From the NCBI GenBank assembly GCA_963737155.1, contig CAVTRN010000001.1:608001-672000 (forward strand): DNA of 64,000 bases. The letters run 5' to 3'. The DNA comes from Nitrospirota bacterium. Lineage in GTDB: Bacteria; Nitrospirota; UBA9217. The position numbers and the translations under genes are program-made. The notes below the pieces were generated by a model. That model had not been told where the DNA came from. It saw only the letters and a list, made by a program, of their open reading frames with translations, and made no database searches. Of this stretch, positions 51,954-63,112 are shown piece after piece (position 1 is the stretch's first letter; every line of letters starts with the position of its first letter).

Positions 51954-53420
51954 TTATCGTGTGATTCCAGCCCTTGCTAATGGAAACCTATTCCATGCAG
52001 CTTGCCAGATTTCCATAAAAGCCTTCAGTCGAAATACAAGGCATATACAAAAATAGATTAAACCTCCCGTCGCAATTTGTACTACGAGCCTGGACCACTG
52101 GTTGGGGAACTGCAGTAGCCCAACGGCATAAACTGCAATGCCCATTATTACGGATGATATGAGGTAAGGCAACAGGTCATGCACCTGCTCCCCGATCGTG
52201 TAACCTAGCAGAGTACCGTTGTAATAACTGTTCAAATAATAACTGATAATCGAGGTGACAGTCATACCGTAGATCATCGCGGATATGCCCCACCGCCAGG
52301 TGATCGCGATATTGATGACGATAATGATCTTTTTGATAATCTCAAGGCGTAGAAACAAGTCAGACCTCCCTAGAGCTTGCAGTACATTCAAATTAATCAG
52401 GTGCAATGGAAACAGCAATCCAAACAAACAGAGTATCTGCATGTAGGGAACACAGGGGACCCACTTTTCCGTCAGTAATACCTGCACCAGCGGACGAGAG
52501 ATAACCGCCAATCCGATCATCATGGGGAAATTAACCAATACCAGAATGGTCAATGCTTTTTTCAATCCTCTTTTCAATCGGGCCGGATCATCTTTGATGG
52601 TGGAAAATACAGGAAAAGTGACGCGTCCAACCATTGATGACAGCGTTTGCGTCGGGAGGTCACTAAATGTCTTGGCGCGGGTAAAAAATCCCAGATCTAC
52701 GGCCGAAAACAGCTTGCCGATTATTACATAATATATGTTGTCAAAAATTTGATTGAGTACACTCGAAAACAACAGACGTGACCCAAAACCAAACATTTCC
52801 CGCAGGGCATTGAAGCTAAGGATCAAGGTCGGCCTCCAGGAACTGAAAGACCAGAGACATACGACTCGAAAAAAAGCATTGGATATCTGCTGGATAACCA
52901 GGCTCCATACACCGAAACCAAGAGCGGCTAAGGTAATTCCTATTATACCGGACAGTGTTCCTGCAATCAGACTTACTTTAGTATGTGTTTTAAAATTAAG
53001 TTGTTTAGTGAGGATGGTATCTTGAATCATGCCGAATGAATTGATCACAATGGTCAGTGACAATGCCCTCATCAGTGATGTCAGAATGGGCTGTTTATAA
53101 AAAGTGGCAATCCACGGAGCAACGAGGTACAACAGGCCTACAACCACCAAGCCTACAAATATATTAAAATAAAATATCGAACAGATGTCAGTCTGCGTCA
53201 CCTCCCCTTTCTGAATCAGGGCGGCGCCAAATCCGCTATCAAGAAATGTTTGTGCTATTGCTATGAAAATCGTCAGCATCCCAATCAGGCCGAATTGCTG
53301 AGGAAACAGCAACCGTGCCAAAACAATCCCAATGACAAATTGCACGCCACGTTGCGCAACAGTCTCGAGAAGACTCCATAAGAGAGCATATACTGTTCTA
53401 TGTTGTAGATTATTCGTCAT
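51954..53420 (-). CDS. wzx: Wzx-type polysaccharide flippase (WzxC-like)
   Basis: IVLARLL.P..FG, DSGFGAALIQK, about 12 hydrophobic segments. Confidence 0.9.
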   Translation of the reverse strand: MTNNLQHRTVYALLWSLLETVAQRGVQFVIGIVLARLLFPQQFGLIGMLTIFIAIAQTFLDSGFGAALIQKGEVTQTDICSIFYFNIFVGLVVVGLLYLVAPWIATFYKQPILTSLMRALSLTIVINSFGMIQDTILTKQLNFKTHTKVSLIAGTLSGIIGITLAALGFGVWSLVIQQISNAFFRVVCLWSFSSWRPTLILSFNALREMFGFGSRLLFSSVLNQIFDNIYYVIIGKLFSAVDLGFFTRAKTFSDLPTQTLSSMVGRVTFPVFSTIKDDPARLKRGLKKALTILVLVNFPMMIGLAVISRPLVQVLLTEKWVPCVPYMQILCLFGLLFPLHLINLNVLQALGRSDLFLRLEIIKKIIIVINIAITWRWGISAMIYGMTVTSIISYYLNSYYNGTLLGYTIGEQVHDLLPYLISSVIMGIAVYAVGLLQFPNQWSRLVVQIATGGLIYFCICLVFRLKAFMEIWQAAWNRFPLARAGITR

Positions 53421-53542
53421 TTAACTTCCAGCCTCATTCTCAGTGCAAATATCGATGAGTGTCTGGCCCTTTCATGTCCCTACATTGTCTACAAGCTATT
53501 TTTCAGTGGAAACCCAGAATGCCATACACAGATCATCGTTAT

Positions 53543-54484
53543 TTATTTTAAGTGAGTGTTCTTTATAACCCTATACGCAGGAAAATAGTCGTTGTTGTGA
53601 GTCTCGCCTCGCTGACAAAGAGATTCATACTTTCCCCTATCAAAGACACGGCCACACAAATATACGGTGCGCTGATCGTTGGACCAGCCCCTTTTGAATT
53701 TGGCTAAGCCATTGTGTGAATCGTCTTTAAACCCAGCCGCCCCCCCCATATCGAAGTATCTGATACCTTGATCGCGAAGGTAAGCGAGCGTCGTCCATTT
53801 GATGCCATAAGAAGCTCCTATTTGGTATCCCTTGTTGCTGCAGGCAGACAAATGGCCGTAAGCATATTCACCGTTAATCAGGACCAGAGCTGCCCCAACG
53901 ATTTCTCCCTCGCACCTGCACAGAACCATGACCATCCCGGGGATCTCAAGCTGTGTCTTGAAGCATTTTCGAGAAAATATTCTGTTATCCTTAATATTGT
54001 GCCTGCGAATTAAGTTATCGTACAATTGTATCCATTCATCGAGGTATTTTGACGGTTTTTGGCAAACTTCAACTTCCATTTTATCAAGCAACTTACGAGA
54101 CCTTTTGCGATGATGCTGATTGATAACACTCTCCAAGGGATGTCCCAGATCGGCCACGTAGTGCTTCTTGAATGGTTTGACAAAATCAAAACAATGTTCC
54201 ATATAAGATGGGACGAATGCGGAGAATGGATCAGAAACTAGCACAAGTGATACAAGTTCGGAACCAAGATGTTCAATGTCTTCGTTAAGCTTCTTCCAAT
54301 TCAGGCATGCAAACAAGGGGTAACATCCGGTGGCATCCTTGTATGTTGTGCCGGGAATCGATCTTACAAGAACCCAACCACCACACCGCGGCAACTCCCG
54401 TGGTTCGCCAAATTCCCGCATAGAATCAGCATAGCGAGGATCGGCATAGCCCATAGTCTTTATAGCGAGTTTCAGATAATTCAT
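53543..54484 (-). CDS. GNAT/FemAB-like acyltransferase
   Basis: AYGHLSA, FDMGG.AG, GLAKFKRGW, YFPAYR. Confidence 0.75.
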   Translation of the reverse strand: MNYLKLAIKTMGYADPRYADSMREFGEPRELPRCGGWVLVRSIPGTTYKDATGCYPLFACLNWKKLNEDIEHLGSELVSLVLVSDPFSAFVPSYMEHCFDFVKPFKKHYVADLGHPLESVINQHHRKRSRKLLDKMEVEVCQKPSKYLDEWIQLYDNLIRRHNIKDNRIFSRKCFKTQLEIPGMVMVLCRCEGEIVGAALVLINGEYAYGHLSACSNKGYQIGASYGIKWTTLAYLRDQGIRYFDMGGAAGFKDDSHNGLAKFKRGWSNDQRTVYLCGRVFDRGKYESLCQRGETHNNDYFPAYRVIKNTHLK

Positions 54485-54962
54485 CCTAAATTCAACATTT
54501 TAGAATCACATTCAGTCATTTAAAGCAGCCCGTCTCACTCATGGCAGAAGGGCTCGTGGGCATCGTTTCCTCTTTTTCCAGAACAGCTTGTACCACTCGC
54601 GCCTAGAAATGCCGGCATCTGATTCGCATCGGGTTAAAAGCCTGAAGCGCCTTCAACAGCCATGCTGTTTCGATTAGGTTGATCTATTGTAGTACGGAAA
54701 CCTTCGAAATACCTTATCAAATATATTAACGATAAGTGGGTGCTACTGCTATAAAAATCGTCATCTTCCCGGTCGGGCCGAAATACTCAGAAAACAGTAT
54801 CCGAACCAAAACGATCCCAATGACGAATTACGCACTCCTCGATGCAACAGCCTCGATAAAACTCCGGGAGGGAGTACATAGTGTTTCATGTTAAGACTAT
54901 CCACAATATTAACTGTTCCGGTCACAGTGTTTATCTGATCGAAATATGGAAATAAAAGCTTC

Positions 54963-56145
54963 TTAGACAGCGAAAGAGGCCCTCTCTCTGTTTTTGCCGT
55001 CAAAATGGGTTGCTTTCTTTGATACATTAAGATATTGGATGATATCACAAATCTTTTCGACATCGGACAGTTCCAGGCTGTCATAGATCGGCAGTGTCAA
55101 AATACATCCGGCCACCCGGCGTGCTACAGTCAAGGGGTCTGTCACTGAAACACTGCGATAGCAGGGGTAATCGCATATCAAGGGGTAGAAATATCGTCGG
55201 GCATATACATTCCACTCCTTAAGCTTTTCATACAGTGCATCGCGGCTCATTCCAAAATCGTTCTCATCCAATTCGATCGGCACATATGCATGGTTGAATT
55301 TTATATCTGGAGATAGCGCCGGCGCGAAACGAATACCGGGAACCTCCTTGAGTCGGGCCCGATATACGTCAGCAATCTTTGATCGCTTGCGTATGATTTC
55401 TTCAATGTACTCCAGAACCTGAATTCCCATCAGTGCTTGCATCTCGTTCATTTTTGCATTGGTGCCGGGCATGACGACTTCGGTCTCGTTTTCGAAACCA
55501 AAGTTTTTCAGATAATCGAATTTGCGCTGCAGCGCTGCCTCCTTGAAAATCAGCATTCCGCCCTCTATAGAGTGGAAAAGCTTGGTGCTGTGGAAGCTGA
55601 ACATGCTTAGGTCACCAAAGTGGGCAATCGACTTATTGCCAACCTTGACGCCGAAGGCGTGTGCGGCATCGTAGATGAGTTTTAAATTGTGCCGCCGTGC
55701 AATGTCGTCCAACGCATCAAGCTTGCACGGATGGCCATAGACATGAACTGCCAAGATTGCTGTCGTCCAGGGGGTGATTGCAGCTTCAACTTTCTCTGGA
55801 TCAAGGGTGTAATAATCAGGCTCTATGTCCACGAAGACAGGCCTGATTTTATTCCAGAACAAGGCGTGGGTCGTCGCAACAAAAGTAAAGGGAGTGGTGA
55901 TGACCTCCCCTGGAGATCTCCATCCCCTGCAAGGCTATCTGAAGGGCCAACGTCCCGTTATTGAATAGACAGACGTTGTTGCTTTCAAAGCTGTTGCACA
56001 ACTCTTGAGTAAAACGCTGGAGGATCGGCCCATTATTCGTGAGCCATTGGTTCTCCCAGATCTCACCAAGTCCCTGGCAGTATTTCTCCAACGGTGGTAA
56101 AAAAGGCCTGGTCACATAAATGGGCTTTTCAAAAGGTTTTATCAT
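54963..56145 (-). pseudogene. VioA-like DegT/DnrJ/EryC1/StrS aminotransferase split by a +1 frameshift (or sequencing error)
   Basis: IYVTRP.LP...WLTNNGP...NGTLAL joins GEVITTPFTFVAT..ALFWN after removing one base near 55910; YDAAHAF, SFHSTK. Confidence 0.85.
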
Positions 56146-56223
56146 TAATCTCCTCCAGATGGCACGAACAAATGGGACAGGACACGTTAACGCTAGCTGA
56201 CCTGAAGCCGGTGGTCGGGGAAC

Positions 56224-57336
56224 CTATGCGTTCAGGTCAAATTCCTTAATATGCTGGGCGATATACTTTATTTGACTATCACTCAGCTCGGGATACATAG
56301 GCAAAGACAAAACCTCTTGTGATGCTTTTGTAGCCTCCGGGAAATCGCTACCATTGTGGTTTAAATAAGAATAAGCCTTCAGATTGGGTAGCGCTATGGG
56401 ATAATGAATGCCTGTGGATATACCTTTTGATTTGAGATGATCCTGCAGTTTCTGACGCATCTCCTTTTTTACGCGTACAATGTAAAGATGATACACTGCC
56501 TTCACATTCGCAAGTTCAATTGGCGTGACTAAGTCCGTTCCTTTAAGATTTTCATTATACAGGTAAGCGTTCTTTCTGCGCGCCTCTGACCATGCATCGA
56601 GATGCTTCAACTTGACCCCGAGTACAGCTGCCTGGAGGCCATCCAAACGGCTGTTAATGCCTTCCATTTCATGATCGTATTTGTCAACCCGACCGTGATT
56701 TGCGAACATACGTGCATTTTTTGCTAAGGCCTCATCGTTTACTACTATTGCGCCGGCGTCGCCGTAGGCGCCCAGATTTTTCCCGGGATAAAAGCTGAAA
56801 CATGCCATATCGCCCATCGACCCGATGATTCTACCCTTATAGAGCGCCCCATGAGCCTGGGCGCAATCCTCAACAATTTTTAAATTATGCTTCTTCGCCA
56901 GGGCGAGGATCGGGTCCATATCAGCAGGCTGACCGTAAAGATGGACCGGAATGACGGCCTTTGTCCGAGAAGTGATCTTTTTCTCGATCCTGCTCGTATC
57001 GATATTGTAGGTCTTCGGATCGATGTCAACAAACACGACCCTCGCTCCTGTCTGCGTTATCGCCTCAGACGTCGCAATGAAACTATTCGCAACTGTGATA
57101 ACCTCGTCACCTGCGCCGATCCCGAGTGCTTTTAAAGCGATAAATATTGCATCGGTGCCGTTGCCGACGCCTATGCAATATTTCGTACCACAGAACTTTG
57201 CGAAGGATTCTTCAAATTTCGTAACGTGCTTACCCCCGATAAAGGCTGTTTCCGATACAACCTCTTTTATTGCTGAATCAATTTCATTTTTGATCGTTTC
57301 ATATTGGGCCTTTAAATCGACAAATTGAATATTCAT
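56224..57336 (-). CDS. DegT/DnrJ/EryC1/StrS aminotransferase
   Basis: FVDLKAQY, GNGTDA, EDCAQAHG, SFYPGKNLGAYGDAG. Confidence 0.95.
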   Translation of the reverse strand: MNIQFVDLKAQYETIKNEIDSAIKEVVSETAFIGGKHVTKFEESFAKFCGTKYCIGVGNGTDAIFIALKALGIGAGDEVITVANSFIATSEAITQTGARVVFVDIDPKTYNIDTSRIEKKITSRTKAVIPVHLYGQPADMDPILALAKKHNLKIVEDCAQAHGALYKGRIIGSMGDMACFSFYPGKNLGAYGDAGAIVVNDEALAKNARMFANHGRVDKYDHEMEGINSRLDGLQAAVLGVKLKHLDAWSEARRKNAYLYNENLKGTDLVTPIELANVKAVYHLYIVRVKKEMRQKLQDHLKSKGISTGIHYPIALPNLKAYSYLNHNGSDFPEATKASQEVLSLPMYPELSDSQIKYIAQHIKEFDLNA

Positions 57337-58313
57337 GCTTCCTCCATTGCAGTATGTAACTTCGAAATTGCCAAACTATTATCGAAAACAAATCCTGTCT
57401 TTAAACTGTCCATGCTTAAAATAGCTTTTTCAAGTTCACTTGTATTTCTTACAACTTTTGTATAGCCCAGTTCTTCGAGTTTTTCATGTAAATCTTCTTT
57501 CATATCGCTCTTAGTGGGAAGTTCTCCGTATTGATAGTCCCTCGGCATCACGAGAAATTTTGTTCCATGTTTAAGGCATTGGGTGCTGATGCCTGCGCTC
57601 TCCTGCGTGATGACATATTGTGCATTCAAGATCAACTTGTCTATCTTTTCTGGCCCGCAAAAATCGAAGACTTCGACACAGTCCGAGCTGAACTTTGTAT
57701 ACCCTGCCTGGATAATCACTTTCTCCCTTATAACGCCTTTTCGTACAAGATCCTCGACCCCTTTTATCAGCCTGGTGAACTGCTCGTCTCTTGTACCCAA
57801 CGTGACGAATATGTATTTCGAATCGTGGCATTTGTCGTGGTTTTCCTGCTGTTTGAATATCGGTCCAATATATATAGCATTGGCATTTTTCGGATCTTTC
57901 CATTGCGTAAAGATCCTGTTCTTCGTTTTCAGCAAAAAAAGACCAAACTTGGACTGGCCCTTCACACGGGAAAACGTGTCGATATACATAAATTTTATCC
58001 TGAAAAGCCTTGTCAACAGATAAGGGATGAAAGCTGTCCTGCCCGATCCCGTCGAAAGCACATGCGTCGGCTTTTCTTTGGCAAATATTTTCAGGACCGG
58101 CACGATCTGAAATAAATAGGTCCACGGCTTTTTAAAGTGGGCCAGTTCCACATAGTACGCTTTTTCTTTCCTCAACTGCTCCTCGGTCTGGTTATTTCTG
58201 TTTGTTATCCAGAAGTGATCATAATAGCCGTAAAAGTCGGACAGGTTGGTCAGTTGTTCAAAATGTCCGCCTTTTGTGCAGACCAAGGCGATATTTATTC
58301 TTCGATTATTCAT
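57333..58313 (-). CDS. Fused PssD/Alg14 and PssE/Alg13 glycosyltransferase
   Basis: N-half LVCTKGGH...STGSG...YIDTFSR...TQW; C-half IFVTLGT...F.RL...IIQAG...MPR. Confidence 0.82.
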   Translation of the reverse strand: MNNRRINIALVCTKGGHFEQLTNLSDFYGYYDHFWITNRNNQTEEQLRKEKAYYVELAHFKKPWTYLFQIVPVLKIFAKEKPTHVLSTGSGRTAFIPYLLTRLFRIKFMYIDTFSRVKGQSKFGLFLLKTKNRIFTQWKDPKNANAIYIGPIFKQQENHDKCHDSKYIFVTLGTRDEQFTRLIKGVEDLVRKGVIREKVIIQAGYTKFSSDCVEVFDFCGPEKIDKLILNAQYVITQESAGISTQCLKHGTKFLVMPRDYQYGELPTKSDMKEDLHEKLEELGYTKVVRNTSELEKAILSMDSLKTGFVFDNSLAISKLHTAMEEA

Positions 58314-58346
58314 GGTCGGTTTTTCACGCTCAGCAGTTGGGCGAAA

Positions 58347-59324
58347 TCATTGCACATTGGCGGTTGCCAGGATTTCGACCACTTTCCTGGCATGTTCCAC
58401 GCCTGTCAGGCATTTTGTTCCATTCTGAATACAGTCTATAAAATGATCCAGTTCCACTTTCAAGGGTTCCTTGAAATCGATTTTCGGAAGTAAAACATCC
58501 CCGGATCTATGGTCAAAGACAGGCAATTGCGAATCACCGGCCGAAGCCTTCCTGTCTATCCCCTTATCGTATATAGCGATTTTGTCCTCCGCCATGTCGT
58601 CGTACACCACCATTTTTTTGGACCCGACAACGACCATCGAGCGGACCTTTAAAGGGTCCAGCCAACTGACATGGATATTTGCCATGACCTTCTTCGGATA
58701 CTTGATGCTCATGAAGACCACGTCATCGATGCTGTCCTGAATATAATCGGCTCCCCGCCTGACCACGGAAAGCGGCTCCGGATCCCCGAGCCAGTATTGA
58801 ATGACGCTGATGTCGTGGGGAGCCAGATTCCACAGGGAATCGACATCGGACCGGATCTTGCCGAGATTCAACCTCTGGCTGTAGATATAGCGGACATCTC
58901 CGAGTTCCGCCGATTCGATCAATTTCTTTACGTACCGCACGGCGCTATTGAATAGAAAGGTGTGCCCTACCATAGCAACACGTTTCTTTTCATCCGCGAG
59001 CCTTCCGATCGCATCAACCTCTGCTACGCTCCGGGCCATCGGCTTTTCGATCAAGATGTGCTTCCCTGCAGCAAGCGCCCGCATGGCAAGGTCAAAATGC
59101 GTCGCTACAGGAGTTGCAATTACGATGGCTTCTATCTCAGGATTTTGGAGGACTTCGTCAACATCACCGGTGACCGTTATAGCGGGATATAGGCCTCGTA
59201 CGAAGTCCCTCCTTTCAGGTGAGAGCTCCGCGACCGCGGATGTCGTACACCTTTTATTGGCCACCAGATTTCTGAGGAGATTTGGTCCCCAGTAACCTAC
59301 GCCGATTTGTGCAATCTGAACCAT
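58347..59324 (-). CDS. Gfo/Idh/MocA oxidoreductase (nucleotide-sugar modification)
   Basis: GVGYWGPNL.RN, IATP..TH, EKPM, LAPHD. Confidence 0.92.
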   Translation of the reverse strand: MVQIAQIGVGYWGPNLLRNLVANKRCTTSAVAELSPERRDFVRGLYPAITVTGDVDEVLQNPEIEAIVIATPVATHFDLAMRALAAGKHILIEKPMARSVAEVDAIGRLADEKKRVAMVGHTFLFNSAVRYVKKLIESAELGDVRYIYSQRLNLGKIRSDVDSLWNLAPHDISVIQYWLGDPEPLSVVRRGADYIQDSIDDVVFMSIKYPKKVMANIHVSWLDPLKVRSMVVVGSKKMVVYDDMAEDKIAIYDKGIDRKASAGDSQLPVFDHRSGDVLLPKIDFKEPLKVELDHFIDCIQNGTKCLTGVEHARKVVEILATANVQ

Positions 59325-59668
59325 TATACTACCTCCTTAAACTAAGATTACTCGTTTGATAATCATAGCTCTTGATGATAAGTCTTTTCTTTCTATGAGT
59401 GCTGATGTTCATATTCCTTGATACTGATCTGATCATGAAGATCTGGGCATTAGAAGTACCCGTTCCGGTGCAGGGTTAAACACTGTCACCATAGCTGCCC
59501 TGCCTTTGCGTTGTCGTTGTCGGTATTGCCGTCGTGACTCGGTCGAAGAAACATTAGTCGTCGTGCGCTAACCAAGTCTGATTCCACGTCGAAAAACAGC
59601 CCACCTTAGAATGTCCCCTGAACCACCAATACGGAATCAGCAAATATATTTAAATGCAAATTTAGCCT

Positions 59669-61267
59669 CTAATTGAACTTGGTAACGCTTATTCCTTGAA
59701 AATGCCATGTCGAAATAACATCCCTTTTCTGCATTAAGTCGTTGAATACTATCCTGTCCGGATCGAATAGATCTTCTCGCCTGGTGATTAACCAGATAGG
59801 TGATTTACCAGCAATAGCGTTGTTTATTGAGGGAACATCTGAAGGCTTTATCTCGTCATCGTAAAAAGGATGGTCAACTCGGAGTGCTGGATGCAAATTA
59901 TTGTCAAATGGGTACGGCAAAGGGATGATTTGCAGATTATCGTTACTGTTTCTCTTCGCGTAATAGGAAAAAGGAAACTCGATATTATTTGGTACAAGCA
60001 AAACAACATCCCCATTAGCATGCTGGACCATTGTCTGCGCAACCTTGTCCCAAGGTTCCTTCTTATAATCAGTGTAATAGCTATTGTTCCATCTCAAGAA
60101 TATGAGCGTAATGATCATGACAACAAGTACGCGTTTTCGTGGATCGCGCATCATCATAATCCCTGCAGAAATGGCCACAAAAAACGGCACACTGACATAA
60201 ATCAGCGTTCTTTCAACAAAGATGGGCCGAAACAGAAAGCTGTACACGAGTTCCATCAGAATCGGCCCGACAATCGAACCTAGAATGAGAAGGGAAACAT
60301 AGGGACCGGAGTGTCTCCGGATATTCAACAACCCCGCAACGGCAAGAATGATAAGAAAGGTGAAGATTGCGATCTTCACGACATCGTTTACCGTGGCATG
60401 CCATGAGATTCCTTGTCCAAGAAGGAGTAGGATCACAGTATGCATGGCGGACATGACCGTAGGCGTCGGAATCGGAAGGGCCTCACTCATTGCCTGGGGT
60501 ATCAGAAAGACCAAGTATGGCGCCCATAGAAGGAATACTACGGCACTAATTGTCATCATATTGCCGAGGAATATTCTGTTGAACCGCAGCTGGAACAAGA
60601 ACCATGCCAGCATTATCAAATATAGCGTAAAGATGTATAAGACTGCGGTATCGTGGATCCAAAGTGTAAAAGATATGGCGACTGCTATGGTCAACCAAGG
60701 TAGGAAATGAGACCATATTATTCCATATTTTGCGTACTGCTTTACGTCTGACTTCTTTCTGATTATGGGTTCGCAGGCTTCAGCCGGGTTGCGAATAATC
60801 CAAAGAAATGTACACAATGTCAACGTTGTGGCAAAGGTGAGCATTGCATAGGATCGAACCTCCTGAGCATACTGGATATGCACGGGGAATACAGAAAACA
60901 GTAATGCCGCTATTGCACCTATCCAGTTTCCCCCAATCGAATTCCCCATGAGTCTGCCGAGCATGAAGACTAAAAAAATGCATCCGATGCTCATTATAGC
61001 AGACAAGCTTCGTAAACCTGCCTCGCTCGACCCGAATAAAATCCTCCATATTTTCAGTATTGTATAATAAAACGGCGGGTTCATATCAAATTGAGGAACG
61101 ATGGTCCAAAGCTCATGCATCGTTCTGCTTGAAAACCAATGACTATAGGCTTCATCAAGCCACAGCGGTTGCCCCCCAATATGATAAAATCTGAGAAAGC
61201 TACCTAGCAGTATTGAAAATACTAGTAAGTAACGATATGTGATTTTAATTTGTTTTTTTTCTTTCAT
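59669..61267 (-). CDS. GT-C fold (GT39/PMT_2-like) membrane glycosyltransferase
   Basis: LWLDEAYS, NPPFYY, SE..LR.LS, YAQEVRSY; polytopic membrane protein. Confidence 0.88.
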   Translation of the reverse strand: MKEKKQIKITYRYLLVFSILLGSFLRFYHIGGQPLWLDEAYSHWFSSRTMHELWTIVPQFDMNPPFYYTILKIWRILFGSSEAGLRSLSAIMSIGCIFLVFMLGRLMGNSIGGNWIGAIAALLFSVFPVHIQYAQEVRSYAMLTFATTLTLCTFLWIIRNPAEACEPIIRKKSDVKQYAKYGIIWSHFLPWLTIAVAISFTLWIHDTAVLYIFTLYLIMLAWFLFQLRFNRIFLGNMMTISAVVFLLWAPYLVFLIPQAMSEALPIPTPTVMSAMHTVILLLLGQGISWHATVNDVVKIAIFTFLIILAVAGLLNIRRHSGPYVSLLILGSIVGPILMELVYSFLFRPIFVERTLIYVSVPFFVAISAGIMMMRDPRKRVLVVMIITLIFLRWNNSYYTDYKKEPWDKVAQTMVQHANGDVVLLVPNNIEFPFSYYAKRNSNDNLQIIPLPYPFDNNLHPALRVDHPFYDDEIKPSDVPSINNAIAGKSPIWLITRREDLFDPDRIVFNDLMQKRDVISTWHFQGISVTKFN

Positions 61268-61402
61268 ATACCATTGCGTTGAACTATTATCTTGGGCAAA
61301 ATATCCAGTTCATGTTGAGCAAAATCACATTCAGCAAAATATATTTCCACTCTTTCTCCGGGGACACTGATAATATTATTTAATCGCATCAGTCGCCCTC
61401 TA

Positions 61403-62326
61403 TCAGACAATGTCAACGCATTGAAGCTTGGCAGTCAGTGCTGGAACAAACTGCATGACGTCGGCCACTACCAGAACATCGGCAATCTCCCCAATGGGGG
61501 CATCCTTATCCTTATTGATAGCGACGATGAAGTCGGACTTTTTCATTCCAACCACATGCTGGATTGCGCCGCTGATGCCGCAGGCTATGTAAAGTTTGGG
61601 ACTAACCGTCTGGCCGGTGATGCCAACTTCCTGGCTGTATTTAACCCAGCCAGCATCAACTACAGGCCGACTGGCCCCGAGTTCGCCTCCGAGTATCTTA
61701 GCAAGTGTGGCGATAACGGGTATGTTATCCTTCTTGCCAACTCCCCTGCCAACGGCAACAATCACCCTGGCCTTAGCAAGGTCAACATCTTTGGGTTCTG
61801 CAGGCTTATAGTCGATAAACTCAACAGCACCTGTGCCATCAACATCCAAGCGCTGCACCTCCGGGGTGCCACTCTGTCGCATAACTGGGAACGCCCCCGC
61901 TTGAATTGTCAGCACCGCTTTGCCACCTGTTGGCTTGACGGTACGCAGCATTTTGCCGTTGCAGCACTTCACCTCGAAGTTGCCATTTTTCAACCCGACG
62001 ACCGCCGAAATCTGGCCCATTCTAATATTGGCAGATACACGAGGCGCCAAGTCCCAGCCGTAGGATGAATGGATAAAAACAATGTAGTCAGGCTTTTCCT
62101 TCTCTATTGCCTGTAAGACCAGTTTTTTGTGCAGGTCAGGGTTATAATCGCTGTATTTCGCGGTTTCCGCCAGATAGAGCTTTCCTTCGTATGCAGGAAG
62201 CTGGTTAACGTTGCCGACGAGTACCATGGAAGTCTCGCCCCCCAGTTGCTCTGCAAAGCCAAGTAGTTCATACGTTGACTCAAGGAGTTGCCCTTCCCGG
62301 TATTCCGCAACTAATAACAGTTTCAT
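61403..62326 (-). CDS. etfA: Electron transfer flavoprotein alpha subunit
   Basis: GASRPVVD.GW, VG.TG.TV.P.LYIACGISGAIQH. Confidence 0.95.
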   Translation of the reverse strand: MKLLLVAEYREGQLLESTYELLGFAEQLGGETSMVLVGNVNQLPAYEGKLYLAETAKYSDYNPDLHKKLVLQAIEKEKPDYIVFIHSSYGWDLAPRVSANIRMGQISAVVGLKNGNFEVKCCNGKMLRTVKPTGGKAVLTIQAGAFPVMRQSGTPEVQRLDVDGTGAVEFIDYKPAEPKDVDLAKARVIVAVGRGVGKKDNIPVIATLAKILGGELGASRPVVDAGWVKYSQEVGITGQTVSPKLYIACGISGAIQHVVGMKKSDFIVAINKDKDAPIGEIADVLVVADVMQFVPALTAKLQCVDIV

Positions 62327-62335
62327 TTCGGCCTC

Positions 62336-63112
62336 CTAGCGCAGCACCGTGGTTTTCTCTTTGAGTATGCCCACTAGCTGATCGGCCATCGTCACTACAT
62401 CGCCCTCGAGGACGATCCCCCCACACTTTTTGAGCGGCGGATAAAACATCTCGGTAATTGCAAGGGGTCCTTCATCCAGAAGCGCTACGACCTGGATGGT
62501 TTTAATTTCCTTTTTTTTGGCCTTCATGATGTTGGGGAGGGTCGGGTAGCGTGGGACGTTAAGTCCTAGCTCGCAGGTGAGCAGTGCCGGGATCTTCAAT
62601 TTCACGATACCTTTGATCCCCCCCTCCAACTCACGTTTTCCTGTGACAATACCGTCGGCATATTCAAAACCGACCAAGGTGGTAGCACAGGCATAGCCGA
62701 GCAGTTCAGCCACGGTAACGCCTACCTGGGCCGAGCCCCGATCCTCCGATTGCATACCGGTGAAGATCAGATCAAAGTTCTGGCCTTTTGCATACTTGGC
62801 AATAATGGAAGCGATCTGCCACGGGTCCTTGAGCTGCGCTGCCGGATCCTGGACATGCATTCCCCGGTCACACCCCATGGCCAGTGCCTTTTTGATCGCC
62901 TCCCGCACGCGATCCGGGCCGATGGAAAGTACCGTCACCTCGGGAATATTGCACAGTTGTTCTTTGAGCTGCACAGCCTGCTCCACTGCGAATTCATCAT
63001 ATTCGTTCATCCGCCAAGCGATGTCGGACTCATCGTACCAGATGCCCTCCGTGTTCGGCTTAAATCTCGACTCCATGTCAGGAACCTGTTTAATGCAGAC
63101 AAGTATTTTCAT
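62336..63112 (-). CDS. etfB: Electron transfer flavoprotein beta subunit
   Basis: MKILVCIKQVPD, ALAMGCD, PRYPTLPNIMKAKKK. Confidence 0.95.
   Translation of the reverse strand: MKILVCIKQVPDMESRFKPNTEGIWYDESDIAWRMNEYDEFAVEQAVQLKEQLCNIPEVTVLSIGPDRVREAIKKALAMGCDRGMHVQDPAAQLKDPWQIASIIAKYAKGQNFDLIFTGMQSEDRGSAQVGVTVAELLGYACATTLVGFEYADGIVTGKRELEGGIKGIVKLKIPALLTCELGLNVPRYPTLPNIMKAKKKEIKTIQVVALLDEGPLAITEMFYPPLKKCGGIVLEGDVVTMADQLVGILKEKTTVLR

Noticed and set aside
59460-59535. Minus-strand GGCAAT...ACGCAAAGGCAGGG...CCCTGCACCG upstream of the polysaccharide operon, reminiscent of a c-di-GMP-I riboswitch
   Set aside because: No GNRA-capped P2 stem, no tetraloop receptor and weak P1; would need an Infernal hit
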